A stretch of 64,000 nucleotides of DNA, taken from positions 29,808-93,807 of the forward strand of contig JAGUZX010000134.1 of the NCBI GenBank assembly GCA_020060545.1, in the 5' to 3' direction. The notes beneath the pieces are model-generated. The model did no database searches. It saw only the letters and a list, made by a program, of their open reading frames with translations, and was not told the origin of the DNA. Shown piece by piece: positions 18,429 through 29,148 of this stretch (positions are counted from its first letter, which is position 1; every line of letters starts with the position of its first letter). The position numbers and the translations under genes are program-made. This DNA comes from Desulfovibrio sp. Lineage in GTDB: Bacteria; Bacillota; Dethiobacteria; DTU022.

Positions 18429-18486
18429 ATTTCCCCCCCCCCGGCCGTGGCAGCAGCTTGCGTCAATTACTTTTGCAGCCTTATTT

Positions 18487-19281
18487 CTAGCGGACCAGCA
18501 CAAAAAAAGCATACACAAACGGGGCCGCCAGCATCAGGCTGTCAAATCGATCCATGACGCCCCCGTGTCCGGGGATTAACTGTCCCGTATCTTTAACCTG
18601 AAACTGGCGCTTTAGCGCCGATTCCATCAGATCGCCCAGCTGGGCGAATACCGCCGTTCCGAATCCAAGCAGGACGGCCTTCCATGCCGGTAAAGGGATT
18701 AACCAGGGGATGAACCAGACGGCCAGAAGCGCCGCCAAAACTGTCCCGCTGATCCCCGCCAGCGCGCCTTCCACCGACTTCTGGGGGCTGATCCGGGGAG
18801 CCAGTTTGTGCCTTCCCCATTTAATCCCGACGAAATAGGCAAAAGTATCGTTTAGCCAAACCCCGATCAGGAGCATATAGGTGTAAACAGCGCCTTGCGG
18901 GAGCATGCGCAGAAGGAGCATAAACCCCAACAGCCCGCCCAGATAGATTATACCCCAGAAAATAACCGCTGATTCCCAGAAGTTTATCTTTTCAAAATAG
19001 ATCAGCACGGCCATGAAAAGGAGAACCAGGATCAGCATGATCAGGTGAAAAAGCAACGCCGGTTGCTGCCAGAATAATAAAACGATGATGGCGCTGGCTC
19101 CAAAATAACCCGGCCAGGCCGGCAAACCGAAGCCGCGCGCCCTGAGCATGCGGGTATACTCGTAAATGCCGAGGTTTGCTACCAGCAGTAAAAACAGGCA
19201 GTACCAGGCCTCTCCCAGGTAGACTGCGCCCAGGATGAGCGGAATTCCGACCATGGCCGATAAAATGCGGAGATGCAGCAT
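18487..19281 (-). CDS. cdsA: Phosphatidate cytidylyltransferase
   Basis: ISPQKSVEG, GDLMESALKR..VKDTGQLIPGHGGVMDRFDS. Confidence 0.96.
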   Translation of the reverse strand: MLHLRILSAMVGIPLILGAVYLGEAWYCLFLLLVANLGIYEYTRMLRARGFGLPAWPGYFGASAIIVLLFWQQPALLFHLIMLILVLLFMAVLIYFEKINFWESAVIFWGIIYLGGLLGFMLLLRMLPQGAVYTYMLLIGVWLNDTFAYFVGIKWGRHKLAPRISPQKSVEGALAGISGTVLAALLAVWFIPWLIPLPAWKAVLLGFGTAVFAQLGDLMESALKRQFQVKDTGQLIPGHGGVMDRFDSLMLAAPFVYAFFVLVR

Positions 19282-19305
19282 AGGCCACCACCTTCACAAA
19301 CTTTT

Positions 19306-20043
19306 TTACACCTTGCCGAAACGGCGCTCCCTTTGCTGGAAGTCATAGACAGCCTGGAGCAGGTGGACAGGGTTAAAATCAGGCCAGTAAACATCCGTAA
19401 ACCACAGTTCAGTATAAGCCAGCTGCCAGAGCAGGAAATTGCTGAGGCGGTATTCACCGCTGGTGCGAATGAGCAGGTCCGGGTCAGGCAGGCCGGCGGT
19501 GTAGAGATACGAAGTAAAAAGCGCCTCGTTGACGGGCCCTCTCAACTTTCCCTGCCGGTCCGCTTCCACCATGGCCTGGGCCGCCTGGACTATTTCCATC
19601 CGCGAGCCGTAATTAAGGGCAAAATTGAGAGTCATCCCTGTGTTTCCCCCGGTATCGCGCAAGCCCTTGTCGATCGCTCTTCGCACCGGCTCGGGCAGTC
19701 TGGCCGGATCGCCGATCAATTTAACCCGCACATTTTTCTTTACCAGCTCAGGCAGCTCCGAGTGCAGGTACTGTTCGGGAAGGCTCATCAAAAAATTAAT
19801 CTCCCAGGCCGGACGGCGCCAGTTTTCCGTCGAAAAGGCGAACAGTGTCAACACCTTGATCCCCAGTTCACTGCTGAAGCGCACTATTTGCCTGACCGTC
19901 TCCACTCCCTGCCGGTGCCCGGCGGAGCGGGGCAGGCCTCTTTCCTTGGCCCAACGTCCGTTACCGTCCATGATCATCGCCACATGGCCGGGGATCCGGT
20001 CCGGGTCAATTTTTTGACGCCATTCACTTTCGCTGGTACTCAC
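19306..20043 (-). CDS. uppS: Undecaprenyl diphosphate synthase
   Basis: HVAMIMDGNGRWA, AFSTENWRRP, IRTSGEYRLSNFLLWQ. Confidence 0.96.
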   Translation of the reverse strand: MSTSESEWRQKIDPDRIPGHVAMIMDGNGRWAKERGLPRSAGHRQGVETVRQIVRFSSELGIKVLTLFAFSTENWRRPAWEINFLMSLPEQYLHSELPELVKKNVRVKLIGDPARLPEPVRRAIDKGLRDTGGNTGMTLNFALNYGSRMEIVQAAQAMVEADRQGKLRGPVNEALFTSYLYTAGLPDPDLLIRTSGEYRLSNFLLWQLAYTELWFTDVYWPDFNPVHLLQAVYDFQQRERRFGKV

Positions 20044-20154
20044 CGGCTACCCCACCGTTCAATAGTAGCGGCTCCCTCATTCATCTAAGAGAGCCGCTTC
20101 TGTATTCATCCAGCTGCCACCGGTCTCTCCCTCCGTCCCCGGAGCATCGGTGTG

Positions 20155-20712
20155 TCAAACTTCCATGATCTCTTTCTCTTTAGCCTGCAGGATACCGTCG
20201 ATTTCCTTGATCTTCTCATCGGTCAGTTCCTGGATCTCATCCTGGGCGCGCCTGCGCTCGTCCTCGGTGAGATCACCGTCTTTTTCCAGCAGCCTGATCG
20301 ACTCATTGGCGTCACGGCGCACATTCCGGACCCCGACCTTGCATTCTTCCGCTTTCTTTTTTACATATTTAACCAGTTCCCGCCGGCGTTCTTCGGTCAG
20401 CTGGGGGATGGACAGCCTGATTACCGATCCGTCGTTGACCGGATTAAGGCCGAGGTCTGATTTGAGGATGGCTTTTTCAATGTCCTGAATTGACTTCTTG
20501 TCCCACGGCTGGATTACCAAAAGCCGCGGCTCAGGCGCGGTTATTCCGGCCAACTGCTTTAACGGAGTCATCGTATCGTAGTAGTTTACCTCGATCCGGT
20601 CCAGAAGCGCCGGTGTCGCCCTGCCCGCCCGCAAAACGGCCAGCTCTTTCTGGAAAGCGGCAATCACTTTGTCCATCCGTTCTTCGGCCTCAAGATAAGT
20701 TTCCTCGAACAT
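20155..20712 (-). CDS. frr: Ribosome recycling factor
   Basis: [32 protein letters not shown]. Confidence 0.97.
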   Translation of the reverse strand: MFEETYLEAEERMDKVIAAFQKELAVLRAGRATPALLDRIEVNYYDTMTPLKQLAGITAPEPRLLVIQPWDKKSIQDIEKAILKSDLGLNPVNDGSVIRLSIPQLTEERRRELVKYVKKKAEECKVGVRNVRRDANESIRLLEKDGDLTEDERRRAQDEIQELTDEKIKEIDGILQAKEKEIMEV

Positions 20713-20715
20713 AAA

Positions 20716-21438
<723 letters not shown>

Positions 21439-21457
21439 TCAAGACCTCCATCGTCTT

Positions 21458-21485
21458 ATTCGACAATTTGCCGTAATTATCCTTT
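21458..21485 (-). promoter_or_regulatory. sigmaH-like promoter upstream of pyrH
   Basis: Minus strand AAAGGATAATTACGGCAAATTGTCGAAT (AGGA...GAAT spacing), just downstream of the tsf terminator. Confidence 0.45.
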
Positions 21486-21490
21486 AGCGC

Positions 21491-21522
21491 AAAAAAAGAA
21501 CACCTTTTCGAGTGTTCTTTTT
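21491..21522 (-). terminator. Intrinsic terminator after tsf (possibly bidirectional)
   Basis: aaaaaaagaacac-cttttcga-gtgttcttttt. Confidence 0.8.
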
Positions 21523-21529
21523 GCAGTGC

Positions 21530-22156
21530 TCACGCTTCTTTTCCGGCTTGTTCGCCAGTAGCGACTTCGCCGACGGCAAAACGGCTGAACCTCCGGACCA
21601 CGATATTTTCGCCGATCCTGGCAATCAGGTCCGCCAGGAGTGCATTAATCGTGATCTCTGGATCTCTGATAAAAGGCTGCTCCAGCAGGCAGTTTTCCCG
21701 GTAGAACTTCTCAATTTTGCCTTCGACAATTTGATCGACCACTTTTTCCGGTTTTTTTTCATTAAGCGCCTGGGCCCGCAGGATTTGTTTTTCTTTTTCC
21801 ACTACCTCCGCCGGAACGTCCGCCCTGGCGAGGTACTGCGGGTTCGCCGCGGCGACCTGTAGGCAGATATCACGGACAAAGGACCGGAATTGGTCGTTGC
21901 GGGCGACAAAATCAGTTTCGCAGTTCACCTCTACCAGAACACCGACCTTGCCCCCCAGATGGATATAGGAATCAACAATCCCCTGAGCGGCGACCCTCCC
22001 CGCGCGCCGCGCGGCCGCCGCGAGCCCCTTCTCCCGGAGAATGGTTACCGCTTTTGCTTCGTCGCCGCCAGCTTTCTGCAGCGCTTTTTTACAATCCATC
22101 ATCCCCGCTCCGGTTTTCTCCCGCAGCGCCTTTACTAATTTCGCATCAATATCCAC
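21530..22156 (-). CDS. tsf: Elongation factor Ts (short form)
   Basis: [29 protein letters not shown] start behind AGGAGG. Confidence 0.96.
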   Translation of the reverse strand: MDIDAKLVKALREKTGAGMMDCKKALQKAGGDEAKAVTILREKGLAAAARRAGRVAAQGIVDSYIHLGGKVGVLVEVNCETDFVARNDQFRSFVRDICLQVAAANPQYLARADVPAEVVEKEKQILRAQALNEKKPEKVVDQIVEGKIEKFYRENCLLEQPFIRDPEITINALLADLIARIGENIVVRRFSRFAVGEVATGEQAGKEA

Positions 22157-22267
22157 TTTGTTCCCTCCTGTATTCGTTACCACAGCCCTCACGGGGTTGG
22201 AGCTACGGCGCAAGTGCTTTTTTGCGGCGCGCCTTTCGAGCGGTAAGCAAAACTGCGGCTCCGCTTA

Positions 22268-23113
22268 TTATTCTGCTTCGTCTGTTTCTGACCGGACTTC
22301 CGTCGCCGGGACCGGGAATTCAAAAAGCGATTCCTCTTCCGCCTCCGGTTTCAGTTCTGCGCTGTCTTCTTCAACTGCATGCCGGCGTCCGGATCCGCGG
22401 CTCTGATCTTGCTCGTCCCTTTCATCCGTCAGGCTTTGCTTCCCTTCGATCACGGCATCGGCTAGACAGGCGGTAATCAGCTTGACCGCCCTGATCGCAT
22501 CATCGTTGCCCGGGATGATGTAATCGACCTCGTCGGGGTCGCAGTTAGTGTCCACGATGGCAATGATTGGTATACCCAGTTTGCGCGCTTCGGCGATGGC
22601 GATCTTCTCTTTGCGCGGATCGACCACGTAAATGGCATCCGGGAGCATTTTCATGTAGCGGATTCCACCCAGGAATTTGAGTAGCTTCTCCTGTTCGTGC
22701 TTCAAGGTGAGAACTTCTTTTTTCGGCAGGCGATCAAAAGTACCGTCAGCTTCCATTTTCTCCAACTGATTTAAGCGGTCGATCCGCTGGCGGATGGTCT
22801 TGAAATTGGTAAGCATCCCCCCCAGCCAGCGCTGGTTAACGTAATGCATACCGCATCTTTCAGATTCGGCTTTAATCGATTCCTGCGCCTGCTTTTTCGT
22901 TCCTACAAAAATAACGCTGCCGCCTTGCGCAACGAGATCGCGCAGGTAATTGAAAGCAACCTCCATCAACCGGACCGTCTTTTGCAGGTCGATAATGTAA
23001 ATCCCGTTCCGTTCGGTAAAGATATAGCTTTTCATTTTGGGGTTCCAGCGGCGGGTTTGGTGCCCGAAATGAACCCCCGCTTCCAGCAACTGCTTCATAC
23101 TTACTACGGCCAC
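22268..23113 (-). CDS. rpsB: 30S ribosomal protein S2
   Basis: [44 protein letters not shown]. Confidence 0.98.
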   Translation of the reverse strand: MAVVSMKQLLEAGVHFGHQTRRWNPKMKSYIFTERNGIYIIDLQKTVRLMEVAFNYLRDLVAQGGSVIFVGTKKQAQESIKAESERCGMHYVNQRWLGGMLTNFKTIRQRIDRLNQLEKMEADGTFDRLPKKEVLTLKHEQEKLLKFLGGIRYMKMLPDAIYVVDPRKEKIAIAEARKLGIPIIAIVDTNCDPDEVDYIIPGNDDAIRAVKLITACLADAVIEGKQSLTDERDEQDQSRGSGRRHAVEEDSAELKPEAEEESLFEFPVPATEVRSETDEAE

Positions 23114-23119
23114 ATTAAT

Positions 23120-23210
23120 TCCTCCTTAGCGGTTTTTGCCACCGCCCGTTTCTTTACCGCCCCCAAGCCTCGGCCAACCCGGGACAGGTTCCACGGACGT
23201 GTGTATTTGT
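23120..23210 (-). ncRNA. rpsB 5' leader (t44/S2-leader-like cis element)
   Basis: Minus strand ATACACACG...GGCGGTGGCAAAAACC..AAGGAGG between the promoter and rpsB, the usual position and end motifs of this leader. Confidence 0.55.
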
Positions 23211-23225
23211 AAATTACCATGAGGT

Positions 23226-23254
23226 AGTATAGCACAGTTCCTTACAAATGGCAA
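23226..23254 (-). promoter_or_regulatory. sigmaA promoter of rpsB-tsf
   Basis: Minus strand TTGCCA-N17-TATACT with extended TG. Confidence 0.7.
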
Positions 23255-23348
23255 TTAGTTGACGGAGGGACGGGGTTGTTGTCAACTTTTCTAATCAGTG
23301 ACAGGGGACAGTTGTTGACGCCTTTACCGCTAATGAGAAACGGGGATA

Positions 23349-23377
23349 TTGACAATGATTTTTATCTTACATAAAAT
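23349..23377 (+). promoter_or_regulatory. Near-consensus sigmaA promoter of the RAYT gene
   Basis: TTGACA-N17-TAAAAT ending 17 nt before the ATG. Confidence 0.75.
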
Positions 23378-23394
23378 GGTTTCGGGGTGTTATC

Positions 23395-24156
23395 ATGCCC
23401 AGAACGGCCAGAAAAAAAAGTTCAAGCGGGATTTACCACATAATCATGCGAGGAATCAATCGGCAAAGTATCTTTGAAGACGAAGAAGATAATTGGAAAT
23501 TTCTTCAAACCCTGAGGCGCTATAAAAAAATAAGCGGCTTTTGGATTTTTGCTTATTGTTTAATGGGTAATCATGTTCACTTGTTGTTGAAAGAAGGTCT
23601 GGAACCCTTAGAGCAAGTAATGCGCAGGTTATGTGGAAGCTACGTTTATTGGTATAACCGGAAATATGAAAGGATCGGAAATCTCTTTCAAGACCGTTTT
23701 AAAAGCGAGCCGGTAGAAGATGATCCCTTTTTTATAACAGTATTGAGGTATATTCACCAGAATCCGTGTCAAGCCGGCCTAGTCAAAGAGATCGGCCACT
23801 ACCGCTGGAGCAGCTATCATGAATATCTCCAGCCAACGTCGTTTGTCGATATAGATTTTGCGCTCAACCGATTTCATACTGACCGGGAAAAAGCGGTGGA
23901 AATCTATATTGCTCACCAGAGTGCGCCAAAAAATGATCGCTGTCTTGAACTGGAAGAAAAACATCATTTTTCGGACCAAGAAGCCAGAGCTATTATTAAG
24001 AAAGTATGTAACATCATGAACGCACCTGATTTGCAAAGGCTGGAAAGACAAAGCAGAAACGACTGCTTGAAAAAGCTAAAAGAAGAATATAACCTTTCCG
24101 TCAGGCAAATCTCAAGACTGACCGGAATCGGAAGAGGGGTTGTCTTTAAAGCATAA
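23395..24156 (+). CDS. REP-associated tyrosine transposase (Y1 HUH, IS200-like) with C-terminal HTH
   Basis: YHIIMRGINRQSIF, YCLMGNHVHLL (HUH), LFQDRFKS, RYIHQNP..AGLV, YRWSS, C-terminal LSVRQISRLTG. Confidence 0.9.
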   Translation: MPRTARKKSSSGIYHIIMRGINRQSIFEDEEDNWKFLQTLRRYKKISGFWIFAYCLMGNHVHLLLKEGLEPLEQVMRRLCGSYVYWYNRKYERIGNLFQDRFKSEPVEDDPFFITVLRYIHQNPCQAGLVKEIGHYRWSSYHEYLQPTSFVDIDFALNRFHTDREKAVEIYIAHQSAPKNDRCLELEEKHHFSDQEARAIIKKVCNIMNAPDLQRLERQSRNDCLKKLKEEYNLSVRQISRLTGIGRGVVFKA

Positions 24157-25143
24157 AGTTGACAACAACCCCGTCCCTCCGTCACCTACGTCACCCTCCG
24201 CATCCCATTTACCGCAGCGGCTGCCCCAACGGGAGGCCAGTTCTCCCTGGATATAGATTTCGCTTAACTCGCAGCTGTTGGCGCAGCCGGTACAGACAAA
24301 ACCTCGCGGCCGGCAATCCCCCGCGGCCACATTGGCCACGCCGCGGAAGGCGCTCCGCCCGATCTCGCCGCCCAAAAAATTTTGCCGCGCCAGCAGCGCC
24401 GCCCCCAGGGCGCCCATCACTTTGAAATGCTCCGGGATCCGGAGTTCTACTTTCAGCAAACTTTCCAGAGCCCAGCGGATGCCGGCATTGGCCGCAACCC
24501 CTCCCTGGAACAGCACCACCGGCTCGACTTTACGGTTTCGGGCCACATTGGTCAGGTAATTTTTGGCCAGGGCCATGCACAATCCGGCAATCAGGTCCTC
24601 TTTGCGATAGCCCATCTGCTGCTTGTGAATAAGATCCGACTCGGCAAAGACGCCGCACCGCCCGGCGATCGCCACCGGGTTCCTGGAGCGCAAGGCATAG
24701 TCGCCGAACTCTTCGATCGGGATATTGAGGCGTCCGGCCTGGTGGTCCAGAAATGAGCCGGTCCCGGCCGCGCAAACGGTATTCATGTTGAAACCCACCG
24801 AAACGCCGTTTTGCAAGTAGATTATTTTTGAATCCTGGCCGCCGATATCGATTACCGTTTGGACCCGTGGTTCCACTGCCCTGGCGGCCAGGGCATGCGC
24901 GGTTATTTCATTGACTACCACGTCGGCTCCGATAATCACCGCCGCCAGCCGCCTTCCCGAGCCGGTAGCCCCCGCCGCCGCGATCGGGTAGCGTTTGGCG
25001 CCGAGAGCCGCAAAGCTTTTTTGGATCGCCTCGATCGGCCCCCCGTCATTCCGGCGGTAGGCGGTAAAAACGATCTCCCGGTTTTGCTTGAGCAGTGCGA
25101 TCTTGGTGGTCAGGCTTCCGACATCGACACCCAGGAAAAACAT
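24112..25143 (-). CDS. CoA-substrate-specific enzyme activase (HgdC/BcrAD-BadFG ASKHA ATPase, 4Fe-4S)
   Basis: GVDVGSLTTK, ATGSGR, NEITAH, IDIGGQDSK, MNTVCAAGTGSF, CGVFAESD, C-terminal CxxCxxxC...RC. Confidence 0.9.
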   Translation of the reverse strand: MFFLGVDVGSLTTKIALLKQNREIVFTAYRRNDGGPIEAIQKSFAALGAKRYPIAAAGATGSGRRLAAVIIGADVVVNEITAHALAARAVEPRVQTVIDIGGQDSKIIYLQNGVSVGFNMNTVCAAGTGSFLDHQAGRLNIPIEEFGDYALRSRNPVAIAGRCGVFAESDLIHKQQMGYRKEDLIAGLCMALAKNYLTNVARNRKVEPVVLFQGGVAANAGIRWALESLLKVELRIPEHFKVMGALGAALLARQNFLGGEIGRSAFRGVANVAAGDCRPRGFVCTGCANSCELSEIYIQGELASRWGSRCGKWDAEGDVGDGGTGLLSTLCFKDNPSSDSGQS

Positions 25144-27344
25144 CTTTTCCGGACCTCCTTCTCTTCCCTTCGTTCCCGCAGGACGTGCGCAAAGGACTCC
25201 ACACGCGTTTGCAACCCCGCTTCACCGGTCTGCTCGTTAATAATCACCGTCAACAAGGGAATTTCCAAGTCGCGCACTACACGGGTGAGAATGCTCTGGG
25301 CGATGATCTCCGGCATACAGGTAAAGGGCCACAGGTGCACGACGCCGTCGATTCCTTCCCGCGGCGCCAGAGCGGTCAGCCCGACGCTTTCCAGACCGTG
25401 CCCTCCCACCATATCGTGCAGATACGGCCGCGCGGCCCGGGTAACCTGGCGGTACCGCCGCAGTGCGGCGGGGCTGTGCAGAATGTGGTGCCTGAACCAG
25501 TTGATCACGGTGATCTCCCGTTCCACTTCGATGCGTACATCTTTCAGCGTGCCGAGAGTACGCGCGATTTCATGGTTGACATAGTCCTCGAAGACGGCAT
25601 AAATTTCGCCGATCAACCTTACTTTGAACGGAGGCGGCCCGTTTTCACGGGGCAGCAAAGCACAAGACTGCTTGAAGCGGCGAAAAGCCGCCGTCAATGA
25701 ACCGAGCGAAGCCGCCTCTTTTGCTTCCGCCAGGAACAGCCGGTAGGTCCGGTCCGCTTCGCCGCGCCGGCTCTCCCTGGCCCGCAGAACGTAGAGCGCC
25801 TCTTCCGCCTTCTCGGTAAGTGCGGCCTTGTAGAACGCCAGTAAAGCGCTCCAGGCGGCCCGCCGGCCCATGCGCATGCCGAATAACTGGCGCATCACCT
25901 TCACGAACGGCTGGTAATTTTTATTTAAGGGGAGCGGTGAATTAATCACCAGCATTTCAAAATCATAACCGGCTCTTCTGAGCAGCGTTTCCTGCATTTC
26001 GGCATACCAGCCGAGGCGGCAACGGCCCTTCCCCCCGACCATGACCAGGGTATTCGCTCCCGCCTCCAGGCACTGGCGCATCTGACCAACCGTCACAGTA
26101 AGCGGGTAGCAGATAAATTCGGGTGCCAGTGCGGCTCCAAGTTCCGTGGTTAGGCGGGTGATGGGGAGCGGCCCCACTGCTTTTACCAGCTCGCCGTTGA
26201 AGATCGTGGCCAGGGCGCCGCCGAGTTTGCCAAGGGTGGGGAAGCCAAGTACCCGGGTTTCAGGCACAGGCGGAGGGATAAACCTGGGCCCCGGGGAAGC
26301 GGCAGCCGGCAGGTCTGGTTTTTTCTCCAGTACCTTTTGCACCGTTTTCCCCGCCGCCGTAACGGTATCCAAAAAGGCTTCCAGCCGCGTCACCAAACCG
26401 GCCTCCCCGGTTTGCTCGTCTACCGTTAAGATCAGCAGTGGAACGCCGTGTTTTCGCGCTTCCTCTTCCAAAAAGACTTCAATTACCGCTTCGGGACCGC
26501 ATTCAAAAGGACTGAGCAGGATCAGGCAGTCGATCATCTGCTGATGGAGCCAGTAGAGGGCGCTGCCGACAATAATCTGCTCGAAGCTCCAGAGTTCCTT
26601 GCCGTAGCTTGTGCCGGCCAGCACCCTGGCTGCCGCCCGGGGTGGAACCATCTCCGGGACGAATACCACGGCATGCTCTTTAAGGCGGTCAGCCAGGTTG
26701 TGCGCGATATAGTCGTAAAGGATGTAACTGTGCCCGGCAACTCCAACCCGCAGGGACCGGTTAAAACGGGCCCGCCGGTTGTAGGGATGGCTGCGCTTAA
26801 AACTTTTAATCCCGACCACCTTTTCGAGGGCTTCGGGAAAAGTTAAACCTTGCTCTGCCGTAGCCGCGCTAAACCGGTTTTGACAGCGCCAGGCGTCACG
26901 CAGGGCAGCCCGGGTTTGCCTTTCGCCGGCGCCCAGCCTTCTGCCGGCGGCGGCGAGTGAATCGAGGCTGGCGCGGGGGTTGCAGCGCCAGTCGATTTGC
27001 GGGGTGAGGAAAAGATCTTCCGGCAGCGCCAGGCCGTTGCGCAGCATCGCCGGCGCCCCGATATGCTTGGGGCAGTAGTAGCTGTAACGATCCCGGCTGA
27101 CCAGGGTTGGCATAAACAAGAAGTCCACTTTCTTTTCAACTAGCTCCAGGGTATGCGGAAAAGCCAGCTTAACCGATATGCAAGGCTCATCGGTGGGGCA
27201 TACCGTTAAGTTTTCCAGGGTCCTCGGTCCGGTAGGGCTGGAGAGGACCACCGCGGCGCCCAACCTCTCCAGGAACACCTTGTAAAACGGCAGATAATAG
27301 AAAAAAGATAATACCCGGGGAATCCCAACTTGCATTATCTTCAC
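25110..27344 (-). CDS. Fused DUF2229 and 2-hydroxyacyl-CoA dehydratase-like reductase protein (activase partner)
   Basis: VGIPR, EPCISVKLA, YCPK, GHSY, FECGPE, DEQTGEAGLVTRLEAF. The second half repeats the pattern: PEFICYP, GRCRLGWY, GEIY, PFTCMPE, NEQTGEAGLQTRVESF. Confidence 0.82.
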   Translation of the reverse strand: MKIMQVGIPRVLSFFYYLPFYKVFLERLGAAVVLSSPTGPRTLENLTVCPTDEPCISVKLAFPHTLELVEKKVDFLFMPTLVSRDRYSYYCPKHIGAPAMLRNGLALPEDLFLTPQIDWRCNPRASLDSLAAAGRRLGAGERQTRAALRDAWRCQNRFSAATAEQGLTFPEALEKVVGIKSFKRSHPYNRRARFNRSLRVGVAGHSYILYDYIAHNLADRLKEHAVVFVPEMVPPRAAARVLAGTSYGKELWSFEQIIVGSALYWLHQQMIDCLILLSPFECGPEAVIEVFLEEEARKHGVPLLILTVDEQTGEAGLVTRLEAFLDTVTAAGKTVQKVLEKKPDLPAAASPGPRFIPPPVPETRVLGFPTLGKLGGALATIFNGELVKAVGPLPITRLTTELGAALAPEFICYPLTVTVGQMRQCLEAGANTLVMVGGKGRCRLGWYAEMQETLLRRAGYDFEMLVINSPLPLNKNYQPFVKVMRQLFGMRMGRRAAWSALLAFYKAALTEKAEEALYVLRARESRRGEADRTYRLFLAEAKEAASLGSLTAAFRRFKQSCALLPRENGPPPFKVRLIGEIYAVFEDYVNHEIARTLGTLKDVRIEVEREITVINWFRHHILHSPAALRRYRQVTRAARPYLHDMVGGHGLESVGLTALAPREGIDGVVHLWPFTCMPEIIAQSILTRVVRDLEIPLLTVIINEQTGEAGLQTRVESFAHVLRERREEKEVRKRCFSWVSMSEA

Positions 27345-27475
27345 CCCTGAAAGGTAATCTAGAAAAGCTTAAGCTATTTTAGCCCAATCTAGCTTTGCCT
27401 ATTCTTTAGCCTGGCTTGAAAAGGAAATTACTGCTATCAGTTTCCTGAGCCGGGAGGAGGTGTGGGATTTCGAAG

Positions 27476-27790
27476 ATGCAGGATATTGAATATATCGTCC
27501 GGCAATCCCTTTTTGTCGTCATCCTGCTTTTAGAAATCTACGGCAGTTTTATCATCGTTTTTTCTTCGAACCGCATTTTCATGCTCTTTTTGCGCACCGC
27601 CAGGGATGGTACCGAAGCGCGGCTTAATCTGGCCAGCCACCTGGCCATGGGGCTCGAATTTCTGCTTGCCGCCGAAATAATTCGCACGATTGTCATCCGC
27701 AGCTGGACGGAGCTGCAGATTTTAGGCGCGGTACTGCTGCTCAGGGCGATCCTTTCGGTGTTGATCATCTGGGAAATCAAGCAAGGTTAG
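27476..27790 (+). CDS. DUF1622-family membrane protein
   Basis: RLNLASHLAMGLEFLLAAEIIRT...LGAVLLLRAILS...EI. Confidence 0.82.
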   Translation: MQDIEYIVRQSLFVVILLLEIYGSFIIVFSSNRIFMLFLRTARDGTEARLNLASHLAMGLEFLLAAEIIRTIVIRSWTELQILGAVLLLRAILSVLIIWEIKQG

Positions 27791-27870
27791 CTCGAGGTAA
27801 AAACTGATATTGCGCAGGGTCTAAAATTATAATAAGATGACGGTAAATGTTAATTGAAAGGCGCGTAAAC

Positions 27871-29148
27871 ATGGCCGTCATCATCCCTTTTAAAGGAATC
27901 CGCTTCAACCTGGACCGGGTCGGAGACCTGGCGGCGGTAATTACCCCGCCCTACGACGTAATCGGTCCCGCTGAGCAGGAGCTCTATTACCGGCGCAGCC
28001 CTTATAATCTCATCCGCCTGGAATATGGCAAAACCGGACCCGAGGACAACGACTCGAACAACCGCTACACCCGCGCCGCCGCCACCCTGCAGGCATGGCT
28101 GGAAGAAGGGGTACTCCTGCGGGAGGAGGAGCGCCTTTTTTACCTTTTTGAGCAGGAATTTAATTACCATCATATGCTATTTCGCCGCACCGGGATCGTG
28201 GCCGCCCTGAAGCTGGAGCCTTACACCAACGGGGTTGTGATCCCCCACGAGAGAACAATGGCCCAACCAAAGTTTGACCGTCTGCAGCTGCTGCGGCACT
28301 GCCGCACCAACTTCAGCCCCATCTTCGGGCTTTTCGCCGACCAGGACGGCCGTTTGGCGGAGTTCAGCACCCCTGTGCGTAAAACGGTGCCATTGAGCGA
28401 TTTTCGGGCAGACGACGGGCAGCGCTACCGCCTCTGGGCCGTGCGCGGTTCTTCCCGCCAGGAAGCGCTGGCGCGCCTCCTGGCCCCGCTTCCTGTATTT
28501 ATCGCCGACGGGCACCATCGTTATAAAACAGCGCTGCGCTTCGCCCGCGAGCTTAACGGCAATCAAGCGCTGCCGCCCGGTTCCGGCTATGTCCTTTCCG
28601 TACTGACCGGCCTGCAGGATCCCGGCTTGTTAATCCTCCCCACCCACCGCCTGCTGCACGGTCTTACCGCCGTGCAGCTGGAAGAGCTGCCCCGGATTAT
28701 CGCGGAAAGCTTTGACACCCGGGTCCTGGGCGATTTAACAAAACTCGAGATGCGTAAATTTACCGCGCTGTTGGAGCGGGAAGGCCGGAGCGCTCCGGTC
28801 ATCGGGCTATTGCTAGCGGGGCGGGCCTGGCTGCTGACGGCAAAGCCGGGGGCAACCGGAAATAACCTGGATGTAATCACCCTGCAGGAGCGGATCCTGA
28901 GGCCAATCCTGCAGGATACAGACCCCGAGCTATATCTTACCTACACCAGGGACGAAACGGAAGCGCGACAAGCGGTCCTCTCCGGGGCGGTACAGGCCGC
29001 CTTTATCCTTAACCCGGCTCCAATCGAAAGGGTAACCGCACATGCCTTGCAGGGTGAAATATTGCCGCAAAAATCAACCTATTTCTACCCCAAACTGCCC
29101 AGTGGCCTGGTACTTTACCACCACACCTTAAGTTATTCCGATCGCTGA
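27871..29148 (+). CDS. DUF1015-family protein
   Basis: PPYDVI, IPHERT, NFSPIF, IADGHHRY, ILPTHR, PQKSTYFYPKLPSGLV. Confidence 0.88.
   Translation: MAVIIPFKGIRFNLDRVGDLAAVITPPYDVIGPAEQELYYRRSPYNLIRLEYGKTGPEDNDSNNRYTRAAATLQAWLEEGVLLREEERLFYLFEQEFNYHHMLFRRTGIVAALKLEPYTNGVVIPHERTMAQPKFDRLQLLRHCRTNFSPIFGLFADQDGRLAEFSTPVRKTVPLSDFRADDGQRYRLWAVRGSSRQEALARLLAPLPVFIADGHHRYKTALRFARELNGNQALPPGSGYVLSVLTGLQDPGLLILPTHRLLHGLTAVQLEELPRIIAESFDTRVLGDLTKLEMRKFTALLEREGRSAPVIGLLLAGRAWLLTAKPGATGNNLDVITLQERILRPILQDTDPELYLTYTRDETEARQAVLSGAVQAAFILNPAPIERVTAHALQGEILPQKSTYFYPKLPSGLVLYHHTLSYSDR

Larger units (their letters stand above)
23260..24184 (+). mobile_element. RAYT/IS200-like element bounded by perfect 30-bp inverted repeats
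   Basis: Left 23260-23289 tgacggagggacggggttgttgtcaacttt is the exact reverse complement of right 24155-24184. The interior is visibly AT-richer than the flanks. Confidence 0.8.

Noticed and set aside
18433-18442. G10 tract upstream of dxr as a phase-variation switch
   Set aside because: It is non-coding, serves as the RBS of a housekeeping gene, and a length change would not shift any frame.
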